In this document: positions 39,622 through 48,728 of the stretch, in pieces
Layout of the letters: each line of letters starts with the position of its first letter
Numbering within the stretch: the first letter of the stretch is position 1
Source: a virus
Strand: one strand, 5' to 3'
Length of the DNA stretch: 64,000 nucleotides
Virus record (IMG/VR): IMGVR_UViG_3300036944_000561
Coordinates: 32,001-96,000 of that record
Program-made: the position numbers and the translations under genes
The notes under the pieces: model-generated
The model's database searches: none
Told to the model about the DNA's origin: nothing
What the model saw: the letters and a program-made list of their open reading frames with translations, nothing else

Positions 39622-42033
39622 ATGGCTTTGCAATTTCCTAATAATCCGAGTCTTGGTCAGACTTATGAGTTTGCACCCTATATTTACCAATGGGATGGCG
39701 AAAAATGGAAAACCATCGGGATCGGGTACAATCCAATTTCTCAGTTATTTGTTGAAGGAGCAGTAGATTTAATTGGAAGTGCTGCTCGGTCTCCATATTT
39801 CAAAAACAAGACAGTTTCTCTTACCACTGGGGGAACTCTGAATGCTTCTTCAGAATTAATCTACGACCCAGATACAGAATTGTGGTACAATTGGAACGGA
39901 ACATTCCCCAAAGTGATATCCGCTGGAAGCACTATTGCTTCTTCAGGTGGTATTGCTTCGGATGCTTGGTTGGCTCAAGGAACGGGGGTTCTAAAGCATT
40001 CGCATTTGGAAGATTCAAAACCAGGAGATGGGTCTGCTCACAACGCTGATGATATAGGACGGGGGTCATCAACAGTTGATAATGACTTGGCATCGCTTGA
40101 ATCAAGAGCTAATAACGCTGATAATAATTTTCTGTTGCTCGGTAATGATATAGGTAGCATAAATAATCAAATATCAATATTACAATCAAAAAACTTACAG
40201 CAAGACGCATTAATCTTATTAGTCGAGTCAAAAAACTCTGAGCAAGATGCTGCCATAAACGCATTAGAAGCAGGGCAAGGCTCAAGCGTTTACGGCTATG
40301 CAACTCTTGCTGACTTAAATGCAGATTTAGCTCCTAGTGATAAGTCTATCGCTTACGTTACAAATGACAGCACTGCAACAAATAACGGCACATATCGTAA
40401 AGTTGGCGCAACTGGAACCGGGTCATGGATTCAAGCATCGTCAGACTTAGCGTCACTCGCGTACAATCTTGCAATAGAAAATGCCGCAGAACTAGACAAC
40501 ATAGGCATTGAGACAATATCTGCTGACGACCTAGCTCATGCTATCACAGATACAAACGGAAAAATGTTGTTAGGTATCAGAGAAAATGGTGATTTAGACA
40601 ATCCGCAAATTAATCGCATTGCTGGTATAGAGTCGGAAACACTTAATATAATCCCTGTGTACGGCCAATCAAATTCAATAGGGGCAATAGATTATTCTCA
40701 GACTTGGCGTATTCCAATGCCTTGGGGGATGTATCCAACTGGTTATGCGGGTGATCTTGACGGTAGTAAGTATATAACAACAGTTAGGACTGGTGTTAAC
40801 ACTTGGACGTTGAATAACAACCTATTGTCTTTTAACGTATTTTCAGGGGCAGCTTACGGGTCTGCTGGTGAGGGCATTTACCACGGGTTAGTTGATTCTG
40901 TGGCACAACGTAACCCATCACATCCCATGTGCATTTTCTCGCATGGTGTTGGTAGCTATACAATTGACCAACTAGACAAACCAACTCAAGCAGAGATATT
41001 GGCTGGTTCAGCCTCTGGGGTGGTGATACCCACAACCAGTGCTGAATACCTAATGAACTCTGCTGGTCGTAATATGTCATACATAAATCAGTATCCGTAT
41101 TCTACATGTGCGACACCTTATTACAAGGGCATGTGGCTGATTGCAAGAGCAAAAAAATTAGCTATTGAATCTTCGTTTAGTGCTGCAAAGGTTACCGCAG
41201 TACCTTGGTTGCAAGGTGAGGCAGACCAATCAAATGCAAACTATGCAGCATCGCTTACATCGCTTTATGACAATTACAATGCTGATGTAAAATTAATCAC
41301 TGGACAGATTGATGACATAGTTATGATGTTTGAAACAATCAACTACGGCTCCGCGTTAGAGATATCAGGTCAATCGGGCTATGACACATGGGTATCTAGT
41401 GGTTACACTGACACCAGTGCATACATTCCAGATCAGTTCAGAGTTAACGCTCAGAAACTAATAGACAAAACCAAGTCTCTATTGCACCACAACGGGAATA
41501 GGAAAACTCCAAGACGAAAAATGTTTGCTGTGGCACCAAGATATTATGAAACGTCTTGGATTCACATGTTTCCACATGCTGCCAGAGCACTTGGTGAACA
41601 ATTTGGCAAGGTTTACGAGCAAACAGTTATCAAGAAAGAATCTTGGTCACCATGCCTAGCTCATAAGGCGTGGTATGACGATAAATATGTGTATGTTGAA
41701 ATTGACGCGCCCGAACTACCAATACAATTTAGAGCACCATCAGACTCTATTTATGGTACTGAGCAGTTAGTCTCTCGTCCGTATGGTATCAGTTATTGGG
41801 ATGGTAGTACCATAGTTTCAATCGACAAAACCAAGGTGAAGATAATCGGTGGCAACGTAGTACGTATTGAAGCTCCAACCATACCAGCGTCAGGGCATGA
41901 AATACGTTATGTTGTTGATGCTTATTTTGGTTCAATATGTGATAGCGCCACGACTACTGCTAAGTTTACTCGTAGAAATGGACTATCAAATCAAATGTTT
42001 AACTATTGCCTACCGTTCCAATTTGTACTGTGA
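39622..42033 (+). CDS. tailspike 2 with SGNH / sialate O-acetylesterase-like domain
   Basis: N-terminal FP.NP..G...WDG..W anchor, one head-binding repeat, coiled coil, then YGQSNS, HGVGS, WLQGEAD and WIHMFP blocks. Confidence 0.78.
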   Translation: MALQFPNNPSLGQTYEFAPYIYQWDGEKWKTIGIGYNPISQLFVEGAVDLIGSAARSPYFKNKTVSLTTGGTLNASSELIYDPDTELWYNWNGTFPKVISAGSTIASSGGIASDAWLAQGTGVLKHSHLEDSKPGDGSAHNADDIGRGSSTVDNDLASLESRANNADNNFLLLGNDIGSINNQISILQSKNLQQDALILLVESKNSEQDAAINALEAGQGSSVYGYATLADLNADLAPSDKSIAYVTNDSTATNNGTYRKVGATGTGSWIQASSDLASLAYNLAIENAAELDNIGIETISADDLAHAITDTNGKMLLGIRENGDLDNPQINRIAGIESETLNIIPVYGQSNSIGAIDYSQTWRIPMPWGMYPTGYAGDLDGSKYITTVRTGVNTWTLNNNLLSFNVFSGAAYGSAGEGIYHGLVDSVAQRNPSHPMCIFSHGVGSYTIDQLDKPTQAEILAGSASGVVIPTTSAEYLMNSAGRNMSYINQYPYSTCATPYYKGMWLIARAKKLAIESSFSAAKVTAVPWLQGEADQSNANYAASLTSLYDNYNADVKLITGQIDDIVMMFETINYGSALEISGQSGYDTWVSSGYTDTSAYIPDQFRVNAQKLIDKTKSLLHHNGNRKTPRRKMFAVAPRYYETSWIHMFPHAARALGEQFGKVYEQTVIKKESWSPCLAHKAWYDDKYVYVEIDAPELPIQFRAPSDSIYGTEQLVSRPYGISYWDGSTIVSIDKTKVKIIGGNVVRIEAPTIPASGHEIRYVVDAYFGSICDSATTTAKFTRRNGLSNQMFNYCLPFQFVL

Positions 42034-42045
42034 TGAGGATTAATA

Positions 42046-42915
42046 ATGGCTATCATAAATAAAGTTAATGCATTAATGCAGATTGGGTCTGCAAAAACAA
42101 TCCCTGTTATAGAGCAGACGCTTCGTGTCCCTCATGTATGGACAGGATTACAAGCATGGTTTGATGCATCATATGGGTTTACAAACGATCAGTTCAGTGG
42201 GTCGTACTCAAATCCACAGTATCGAAATAATTGGTATTCACTACTAGCAGATTCGGCTGGCAGGGAATTTCAAAAAGATTATGTCGGAAATGTCTATAAC
42301 GGGTTGCTTCGTGTGAATCTTAACGGTTCAAACTCCGGGTTCCCAACTCCTACTGAAACAATAAACGGACTGACAGCAATGACTGCTCCAAGTCGCGGGA
42401 CTGTCCACTATTTAAGCGGTGAGTCGTATTCAGATTCCACTGATAAGACAAGACAGAATACCAGAGCATACACCATATTTTTAGTGTTTAAAGTTCCTTC
42501 TGGTGCCGTTGGTGGTATTATCAGTCAGGCAGATTCACTAATAGCTACTAATGACGCCGCTGGCTTCCGAGTGGGTCTGTCAACGTCAGGTAATGAAGTG
42601 ATAGTTCAACATAACTCAGGGAACAGGTTATCTATTTCGCGTGATGTTAGGGATGACACACCAGTCATCATGTCTATCAGGTGCTCAGAATCACAAGCCA
42701 TAAACTGTATGTTATGGCATGGAGGCTCTTTAACTACTCACTCTCAGCAATTTTATGACCAAGGGTTTAATGCTGCATCAAGTCTTGTGATTGGGAATTG
42801 CCATGATGTAGGTACAGGCGCAAAATCATGGTCTATATTCGGCAAATATAATAAAGACATTGGTGAGGTAAATACCAACTATATTATAAGCATGTTGATG
42901 CAAAGATTTAGCTAA
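42046..42915 (+). CDS. LamG / concanavalin-like accessory tail protein
   Basis: L.AWFDA, YTIFLVFK, beta-rich body and LVIGN; directly after tailspike 2. Confidence 0.6.
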   Translation: MAIINKVNALMQIGSAKTIPVIEQTLRVPHVWTGLQAWFDASYGFTNDQFSGSYSNPQYRNNWYSLLADSAGREFQKDYVGNVYNGLLRVNLNGSNSGFPTPTETINGLTAMTAPSRGTVHYLSGESYSDSTDKTRQNTRAYTIFLVFKVPSGAVGGIISQADSLIATNDAAGFRVGLSTSGNEVIVQHNSGNRLSISRDVRDDTPVIMSIRCSESQAINCMLWHGGSLTTHSQQFYDQGFNAASSLVIGNCHDVGTGAKSWSIFGKYNKDIGEVNTNYIISMLMQRFS

Positions 42916-43023
42916 TCCCCATATCTCAACCAGCTTACATGCTTCGGTAACGTAATGCTGGAAATCCATGTTACTAATGTCTAACCATCGTAGAGTATTT
43001 TCGATGGTTATTTTAACCCCTAC

Positions 43024-43053
43024 AAAGACGGTACTCATCATGCCGTCTTTTTT
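43024..43053 (+). terminator. intrinsic terminator
   Basis: AAAGACGGTA-CTCATCA-TGCCGTCTTTTTT. Confidence 0.8.
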
Positions 43054-43077
43054 ATTATCCCGTCTCTCGATGAGTCG

Positions 43078-43103
43078 ATTGAAGCCTAGATCTAGGCTTC
43101 AAT
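43078..43103. repeat. perfect 26-bp palindrome
   Basis: ATTGAAGCCTAGATCTAGGCTTCAAT equals its own reverse complement. Confidence 0.9.
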
Positions 43104-43105
43104 TA

Positions 43106-43188
43106 CACATCGTCTGGTATTATCTTTCATTAAATATCCTCAAAGATAACAATTTTATCTTTGAGGGTATTTTATTATGCGTCAGACA
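43106..43188 (+). repeat. 83-bp inverted repeat, copy B (orphan VrlC 5' region)
   Basis: Contains TAAATA, the hairpin, the GAGG SD and ATGCGTCAGACA; then diverges into a 12-codon ORF. Confidence 0.92.
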
Positions 43189-43194
43189 ACCCAT

Positions 43195-43824
43195 TTAATT
43201 CGACATCATAGTTAAGATTGAATTCAAACCTGACTTGGCTTTGCTTCTTCTCATACGAAACTCTAATTGTTCTTTGAGAGCCGCATCAATCAACTGATTT
43301 GAATATTCAACTTTATCTTGATATTCTTCAGGAACGATTTCAGAATCAATATTCCGCAACAATACCCGAAGTGCTTCTCTGTTGAATTTAATTTCATATT
43401 CCCGATTGTAACGGAAAGTTTCATACTTGCGAACTTCTTTATCAGAACGATCCGTCAAAACTGCAAACCATTCGACTCTGTCGTCTTCTAAGAAAAATTC
43501 ATAATCAACACCAGCTGAAGTGTGTTTGAGTTCTGGCATAATTGGACGAGTAAACCAATTCACCTTATCGACTGCCTCTACAAATAGCTCAACCCAACTC
43601 ATATGCTTCGAATTAAACAACGCCAACGCTTCTATGTATTTGTGACCGTCCCTCTCAAATTCCTTCTGAGTCCCTTCGATAAATTGAATTGACCTATTCT
43701 TCAGATCATTTCCTACAGTATATCGACGACCAACAGAAATCACATCATAAATGGTTTCGCTGTTCAGCATAGCATCAACGGGATCTTGTATTTTGGATAC
43801 CAATATCAATTCTTTAAAGTTCAT
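43195..43824 (-). CDS. hypothetical protein
   Basis: 209-aa ORF; no confident motif. Confidence 0.65.
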   Translation of the reverse strand: MNFKELILVSKIQDPVDAMLNSETIYDVISVGRRYTVGNDLKNRSIQFIEGTQKEFERDGHKYIEALALFNSKHMSWVELFVEAVDKVNWFTRPIMPELKHTSAGVDYEFFLEDDRVEWFAVLTDRSDKEVRKYETFRYNREYEIKFNREALRVLLRNIDSEIVPEEYQDKVEYSNQLIDAALKEQLEFRMRRSKAKSGLNSILTMMSN

Positions 43825-43838
43825 GATGATTACCGTTT

Positions 43839-44405
43839 CTAATTTCCAATAGTCAATTCAAATTTTTCTTTGAGGCTTTGCTTCAATATCCCATATCCCA
43901 ACATGGTAAAGATATTGAAACAAGGGATTCCGCAATTACACCCGATCTGATATGCCCTGTTTGTTCAACCTTCAACTTGTCCAATTTTATTTGCAATGGG
44001 TGGAGCACACGCTATAACAAAATCAACAGGAGAATTCAAATCCTCGTCAAGAATTTCATAAACATTTCTCGTATGAAATTCTTGTTCACGGCGTGAGAGT
44101 TTGTTCCATGTTGGATGAACTTGGGACGCAATATATCGAGCTTCACTATAGTTGTCGAGTTCCCAAACATTTACAAATTTCAGTCGATTGTGTTGAGTGT
44201 ATTCTATGAAGCCTGGAAAGGGAACCATTGTTTTGAAATTCCCTCGTATCCCACACAATGAGCCTTCCTGAAAATTCTTATCAGAACCATCTGCTCCCCC
44301 GGAAATCCCATCAACTCCGAGATTGGACAATGCAACAGCAGTATTGAGAATCAACCTTTTATGAAAAGTCTTGATCTTTCTACTTCCAATCCCGGAATAT
44401 TTCAT
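43839..44405 (-). pseudogene. SLOG-superfamily (DprA/YpsA-like) gene interrupted by an in-frame TGA
   Basis: YSGIGSR, SGGADGSD..F, HP.W..L and RNVYEIL..DL.SPVDFVI motifs; G-G-T motif reads EG*T with TGA at 43965-43967; frame continues TNRAYQIG...IPCFNI to TAG at 43839. Confidence 0.7.
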
Positions 44406-44501
44406 CAATCAAATACCCAATCTAATTCTGAAGAAATTTGTTTCAGAATTTCATTATGCGACATCGATCATTGTTCCGTCAAAGTCGACTGCTATAATCA
44501 T
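44405..44501 (-). pseudogene. deletion remnant of a HAD-family phosphatase
   Basis: MIIAVDFDGT (HAD motif I) from the ATG coupled at 44501, stop after 15 codons; an out-of-frame tail HNEILKQISSELDWVFD* overlaps the next start. Confidence 0.6.
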
Positions 44502-44929
44502 TACAATGGTTCCTTCATTTGTTCGATGATAGCGGCATACTGTGCAAAAAATGTTGTAATCGGCTCAAGAGATTCTTCACAGCTGGCAGCATAAATTTTC
44601 GGCATCAACTTGTTAGTCTTGTACAAATTCATCCTACGCAAATATTCTTGCTTGATCATTTGAAGATTTGGTCGATATTCAACATACCCGGTTGTGAACA
44701 CAATGTGCTTTGCAATGTTTCTATAATCTTTGAACCCGACATTTGGAGTTACTTTCATACACACCAAAGAAATAATGGTGGCATTGTGCGCGAATTCTAC
44801 AACATTGTACCCATCTACTTGAACATCATAACGGGAATCAGTGAAATCCAAGCTATCATCCGGTTCAGATGCCCGTGCTGGGATACAGAATAACAAACTC
44901 AACATAAATCCAATAATCAAATTTTTCAT
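44501..44929 (-). CDS. hypothetical protein with signal peptide
   Basis: GGAG SD before 44929; MKNLIIGFMLSLLFCIPARA-S signal-like N-terminus. Confidence 0.6.
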   Translation of the reverse strand: MKNLIIGFMLSLLFCIPARASEPDDSLDFTDSRYDVQVDGYNVVEFAHNATIISLVCMKVTPNVGFKDYRNIAKHIVFTTGYVEYRPNLQMIKQEYLRRMNLYKTNKLMPKIYAASCEESLEPITTFFAQYAAIIEQMKEPL

Positions 44930-44978
44930 TTCACTCTCCAACAAATATTCTATAACAATATCATATCGCATATTGTAA

Positions 44979-45389
44979 TCATTCAAAACTGTTTTCAACT
45001 TCAATTATGTCATATGACCTATCGATGGTCTCGATAACAATATCTACGGGATATGTTCCCCCAGATAATCTTCTAAAAATATTGGCGATTTGTGTCTTTA
45101 AAGCCGTTTTATCAACTTTCTCGGGACTCAAAGAAGGAACTTTCCTTTTAAACGAAATTCTAACAAAAATCGGCGTCGTGCAATTTCCTAAGAAGATTTT
45201 GTGAGTAGCATTATCTGATTGTTTATTATCGAAAAATTCAATATCACATTGAATTAAACGGGGTAATTCTGTTGGAAACATATTTTTTCGTAGATGAACT
45301 TCCGGGTTCGTATCCTCGCTCATATTTTCATATGGAACGAAAAATCTAAGGGATAAAGTATGATAATTGTTGAATGAAATAGTTTGCAT
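44979..45389 (-). CDS. hypothetical protein
   Basis: GAGGG SD before the ATG at 45389, just after the helicase stop. Confidence 0.55.
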   Translation of the reverse strand: MQTISFNNYHTLSLRFFVPYENMSEDTNPEVHLRKNMFPTELPRLIQCDIEFFDNKQSDNATHKIFLGNCTTPIFVRISFKRKVPSLSPEKVDKTALKTQIANIFRRLSGGTYPVDIVIETIDRSYDIIEVENSFE

Positions 45390-45391
45390 TT

Positions 45392-47125
45392 CTAGTACCC
45401 TCTCACCGCATCTAAAAACCAAGCCGGAATATATTCTTCACCTTGTGACAATACCCGGTCAAATGATTCATCTAGGATATATGTCACACCAAAATCATCA
45501 GTCCCTCTCGTAACTCTTCCCGCACTTTGAACCACTCTCAAAACGGTGTCACGAATATACTGTCCTGGTAATTTATCACAGATATACTTCACCGCTGGAT
45601 CCCCTAGGAACCCAAACGGAACCTTTGCAACCACCTGCCAAACACCCAACCGACCTTTGAGGTCATACCCTTCTTCCATAGAAGGAGACAAACAAATCAC
45701 GCCTCCAGAATCTTTGCTCATTTCAAGAGATTTCATAGTCTGTGCTCTTTCACGTCCAACAAACATTCTACTCCGATGCTTAGACCTTGCCATCAATGCT
45801 TCGGCGAGTTTATAACTGGCCGTGTGAATTAGACCATTATCACCTTTATGTTCATCGGCCAATTCATCAATCGCTCTAACCATTTTCATGAGCCGATTTT
45901 CATCCGGGAATCCACCGCTCATTTTCACAACAGGGAGATAATTCACAATTCGTCTTTCAACATCAATCGGGTGTTTCATACTGATTTTGACATAGTCATC
46001 TTTTTCAATACCTATCTGTTTTGCATAAGCATCTAGGCCACAAATGGTAGCAGACATGTGAACGAAATAGTCTGCTTTTCTGAATGCCCCGTATTCTGAA
46101 ACATCAGCAACATTCACAGGTTGAAGAACAATTTCGGAATGTTCTGTTTCCAATTTCTGCACAATGAAATCTCTAACTCCGCAATCGGTCAAGATTTCAC
46201 ACACATCAGACAACCCCTGCATGTTGGTGATAATGCGCCAGCAAGTTTCAATAAATCTCTCTGGAATAGAATTAGTTTTCAATCTATCATTGATTTGATT
46301 AAGGAAAGCCTCAACATATTCATTGAGTTCTAACACTTTACCGATGAGTTCTTCCGGGAATGAAATCAGTTTACCAATTTTTCCTTTTAGGAAAACATAT
46401 AGATGTTTTGAAATTTCGTCCAATAGTGTATACGCCGGGTGAATACCCCCGGTTAACAGATTCAATGGTTGAAGATTTTCTGTAATGAAAGACAATGAGG
46501 TGTGATCTTTCAGGGTATCGGGAAACTTATGACATTCATCAATAATCACCAAATCGGCCTGGTTTTCTGGAGCCATACAAAGCATCGGGCACATTTCAAC
46601 GAACATTGCTGAATTGGTACACCGCCAATCACTAGCGTCAGTCCAGGTAATGCGACGTTTCACGTATGGACACATTTTACCGGGCGAACATTCTTTTTGA
46701 GAAATTGCTTTCTTACAACCCATTGTTGAAAAATGTTCGTGACCAATAGGACATTGATAATTTGTCTTTCCCTTCAAATCATACGTGTTGGTCTCACGCT
46801 CATATTGTGCTTGTAGTCCCTTGGTGGTCGTTGTCACTGTAGTGCGGAATCTCAGCCCGTTTAAGAGGCGAACGATGCTTCGGTGTACGGTAGCAGCAAT
46901 GACAGTCTTACCAACGCCTGTCGGGGCTTCTAGGATCACGTGATGAACCCGTTTGTTCATCAAAGCATCAACCACTCCGATGATGGCTTCTTTCTGACCT
47001 TTGAAGAAGTTTTCATATGGAAAACAATCAACAACGGCTTTTTCAATATCTTCGGTAGAAAATATCCCATTAAAATTCGCTAATATTTCGTCTGGCATTT
47101 GATTTCCCTCTATTTCTTTTGCCAT
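45392..47125 (-). CDS. DinG/XPD-like SF2 helicase
   Basis: EAPTGVGKT, KGK.NY.C...C...C...CPY Cys cluster, DECH, SAT, EGYDL, AKVPF and Q.AGRVTRG.DDFG...ILDE.F. Confidence 0.85.
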   Translation of the reverse strand: MAKEIEGNQMPDEILANFNGIFSTEDIEKAVVDCFPYENFFKGQKEAIIGVVDALMNKRVHHVILEAPTGVGKTVIAATVHRSIVRLLNGLRFRTTVTTTTKGLQAQYERETNTYDLKGKTNYQCPIGHEHFSTMGCKKAISQKECSPGKMCPYVKRRITWTDASDWRCTNSAMFVEMCPMLCMAPENQADLVIIDECHKFPDTLKDHTSLSFITENLQPLNLLTGGIHPAYTLLDEISKHLYVFLKGKIGKLISFPEELIGKVLELNEYVEAFLNQINDRLKTNSIPERFIETCWRIITNMQGLSDVCEILTDCGVRDFIVQKLETEHSEIVLQPVNVADVSEYGAFRKADYFVHMSATICGLDAYAKQIGIEKDDYVKISMKHPIDVERRIVNYLPVVKMSGGFPDENRLMKMVRAIDELADEHKGDNGLIHTASYKLAEALMARSKHRSRMFVGRERAQTMKSLEMSKDSGGVICLSPSMEEGYDLKGRLGVWQVVAKVPFGFLGDPAVKYICDKLPGQYIRDTVLRVVQSAGRVTRGTDDFGVTYILDESFDRVLSQGEEYIPAWFLDAVRGY

Positions 47126-47155
47126 TTTACCCGCTATTAAATATAGAAAATAGGT

Positions 47156-47434
47156 ATGAGGAGAGTTGTGATGAAATTAACATTCAAAACTCTGAACAAT
47201 GGGTTCATTGTCCTCGTACACCCATATTATCTGAAAAGTCCATATTTCGAATTAACTTGGTATGATGTTGGAAGATTAACGCAAAATGTAAACCCTAATG
47301 CTTCCATACCAAAAAGATTATTGTTCAAATTATTTTCTTTGGATAAAGAAGAGACCGTTAGAACATTGATGGAAATTGGAGACTTTTTAGCCGGACGAGA
47401 GTCCCTCAAATTAATTACCGGGAGCAAGCAATGA
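47156..47434 (+). CDS. hypothetical late protein
   Basis: TAAATA at 47138; coupled to the next gene. Confidence 0.55.
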   Translation: MRRVVMKLTFKTLNNGFIVLVHPYYLKSPYFELTWYDVGRLTQNVNPNASIPKRLLFKLFSLDKEETVRTLMEIGDFLAGRESLKLITGSKQ

Positions 47435-47934
47435 GTATTCTAGGAAAAGCGCAGCTGTTGTTCAGCCTACAGACTCTTAATGATCTCTTAACTGCTCGCA
47501 ATGGTATATTGATGCCCCCAGGCGGGAACCTTGGTATTCCAAGAACACAAATGCCCCAGATTTCTGATTGGAAAAGATTTGAAAATACTTTGAAGGAATA
47601 TGGAATCAGTATCAAGAAGGTTAGACGTCGCATCGGTGATTTGAAAATCATCCAAGGAGAAGTCAACAAAGATAAAGTTTTCAAATTGATGTTGAAATAT
47701 CGAGAAGCCAATCAAAGAACCAGGGGTGGAATCAACATTCCTGGATTTCCTCCAGTGATTTCAAACGATGGTTATATTCTAGATGGGAATCATAGGCAAA
47801 TTGCAATGTACAATGTCAATCGGCATGCATATCAGGATTATACTATGATAGACATGCCGATCAAAGAACTTTACAGTTTCATTCGTGAAAACAATAGCGC
47901 ATTCATGTTTTCAGTCAAATACAAATCACTTTGA
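47431..47934 (+). CDS. ParB/Sulfiredoxin-like N-terminal domain protein
   Basis: PPVISNDGYILDGNHR motif. Confidence 0.7.
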   Translation: MSILGKAQLLFSLQTLNDLLTARNGILMPPGGNLGIPRTQMPQISDWKRFENTLKEYGISIKKVRRRIGDLKIIQGEVNKDKVFKLMLKYREANQRTRGGINIPGFPPVISNDGYILDGNHRQIAMYNVNRHAYQDYTMIDMPIKELYSFIRENNSAFMFSVKYKSL

Positions 47935-48720
47935 TAAATCGAATTTTGAATAGTCAGAGAAATCTGGCTGTTCAAAATCAACCGACTTCAAAAATTTACC
48001 CGGCTTGACAGTCTTGTTTCCCATCATGACACATTCACGTCCAACACGGACAACATACATATCATCACCAACATGATCATATTTCAAATCTGTGGTAGCA
48101 GGATCATATTCTTCACCGAATTTTGTTCCGGTCAGACCGTGTTCTTCATAATATTTGTCCATGGTTTCATTGAGAGCTTCAACCCCAACACAGATTTTGG
48201 ACATGTTGCTGCGATGAACTTCATCATAACATTTGTATGGGTCGATTCCCAGGAATTCTGAAACCCCTACAATCTGAACATGTAAACGCAACCACAAAGA
48301 GATAGCAAGATTTCGAACAACATCCGAATACCCGCTTTCGGCAACAACTTTTGAAAGTTCTCGGATATCGGCCAGATTTTGCTCAACCTTATCTGTTTGT
48401 GGGATATGGAGATTGTTGGCTCTCATAGGAGAATCAGGGGTAGTCCACATGGTGTTTAAATGTTCAATTTCCTTAGGAGATAATTGGATCCCAAAATCGA
48501 ATAGAATTCCATCAATAACGGTAATCGAATCCCCGATAGCATCCAACACTTCTGTGGTGTTGTGTAACATATGGGCGTCGAAAAATTCATCTAGGAATTC
48601 TTCTTCCACTAAAGAGCATTGAGTATCAACTTTCTGAACAATATTTTCAGGAGCGCAACCAAAAACATTCCCCATGCGCTTGTTCAATTCGTAAACTTTT
48701 TCAACTGATTCTGCAAACAT
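47926..48720 (-). CDS. MazG-like / PRA-PH NTP pyrophosphohydrolase
   Basis: EEEFLDE...EVLDAIGD...V..G and YDEVHRSNMSK. Confidence 0.78.
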   Translation of the reverse strand: MFAESVEKVYELNKRMGNVFGCAPENIVQKVDTQCSLVEEEFLDEFFDAHMLHNTTEVLDAIGDSITVIDGILFDFGIQLSPKEIEHLNTMWTTPDSPMRANNLHIPQTDKVEQNLADIRELSKVVAESGYSDVVRNLAISLWLRLHVQIVGVSEFLGIDPYKCYDEVHRSNMSKICVGVEALNETMDKYYEEHGLTGTKFGEEYDPATTDLKYDHVGDDMYVVRVGRECVMMGNKTVKPGKFLKSVDFEQPDFSDYSKFDLSK

Positions 48721-48728
48721 AACCCCTC

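Noticed and set aside
35554-40025. Gin/Cin-type site-specific invertible segment
   Set aside because: No serine or tyrosine recombinase is in the window and the core lacks the dyad symmetry of gix/cix sites. Any inversion would rely on homologous recombination.
33895-43188. Diversity-generating retroelement template/variable repeat pair
   Set aside because: The five mismatches are not adenine-specific, the repeat covers a promoter and start codon rather than a C-terminal variable region, and no reverse transcriptase is in the window.
43195-43824. gp33 late-transcription coactivator assignment
   Set aside because: The resemblance is weak, and the protein is about twice the length of T4 gp33.
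43965-43967. Genome-wide UGA recoding
   Set aside because: Many intact genes, including primase, the i-spanin, the Hef-like endonuclease and NADAR, end at TGA with coupled downstream starts. Only one internal TGA was seen.
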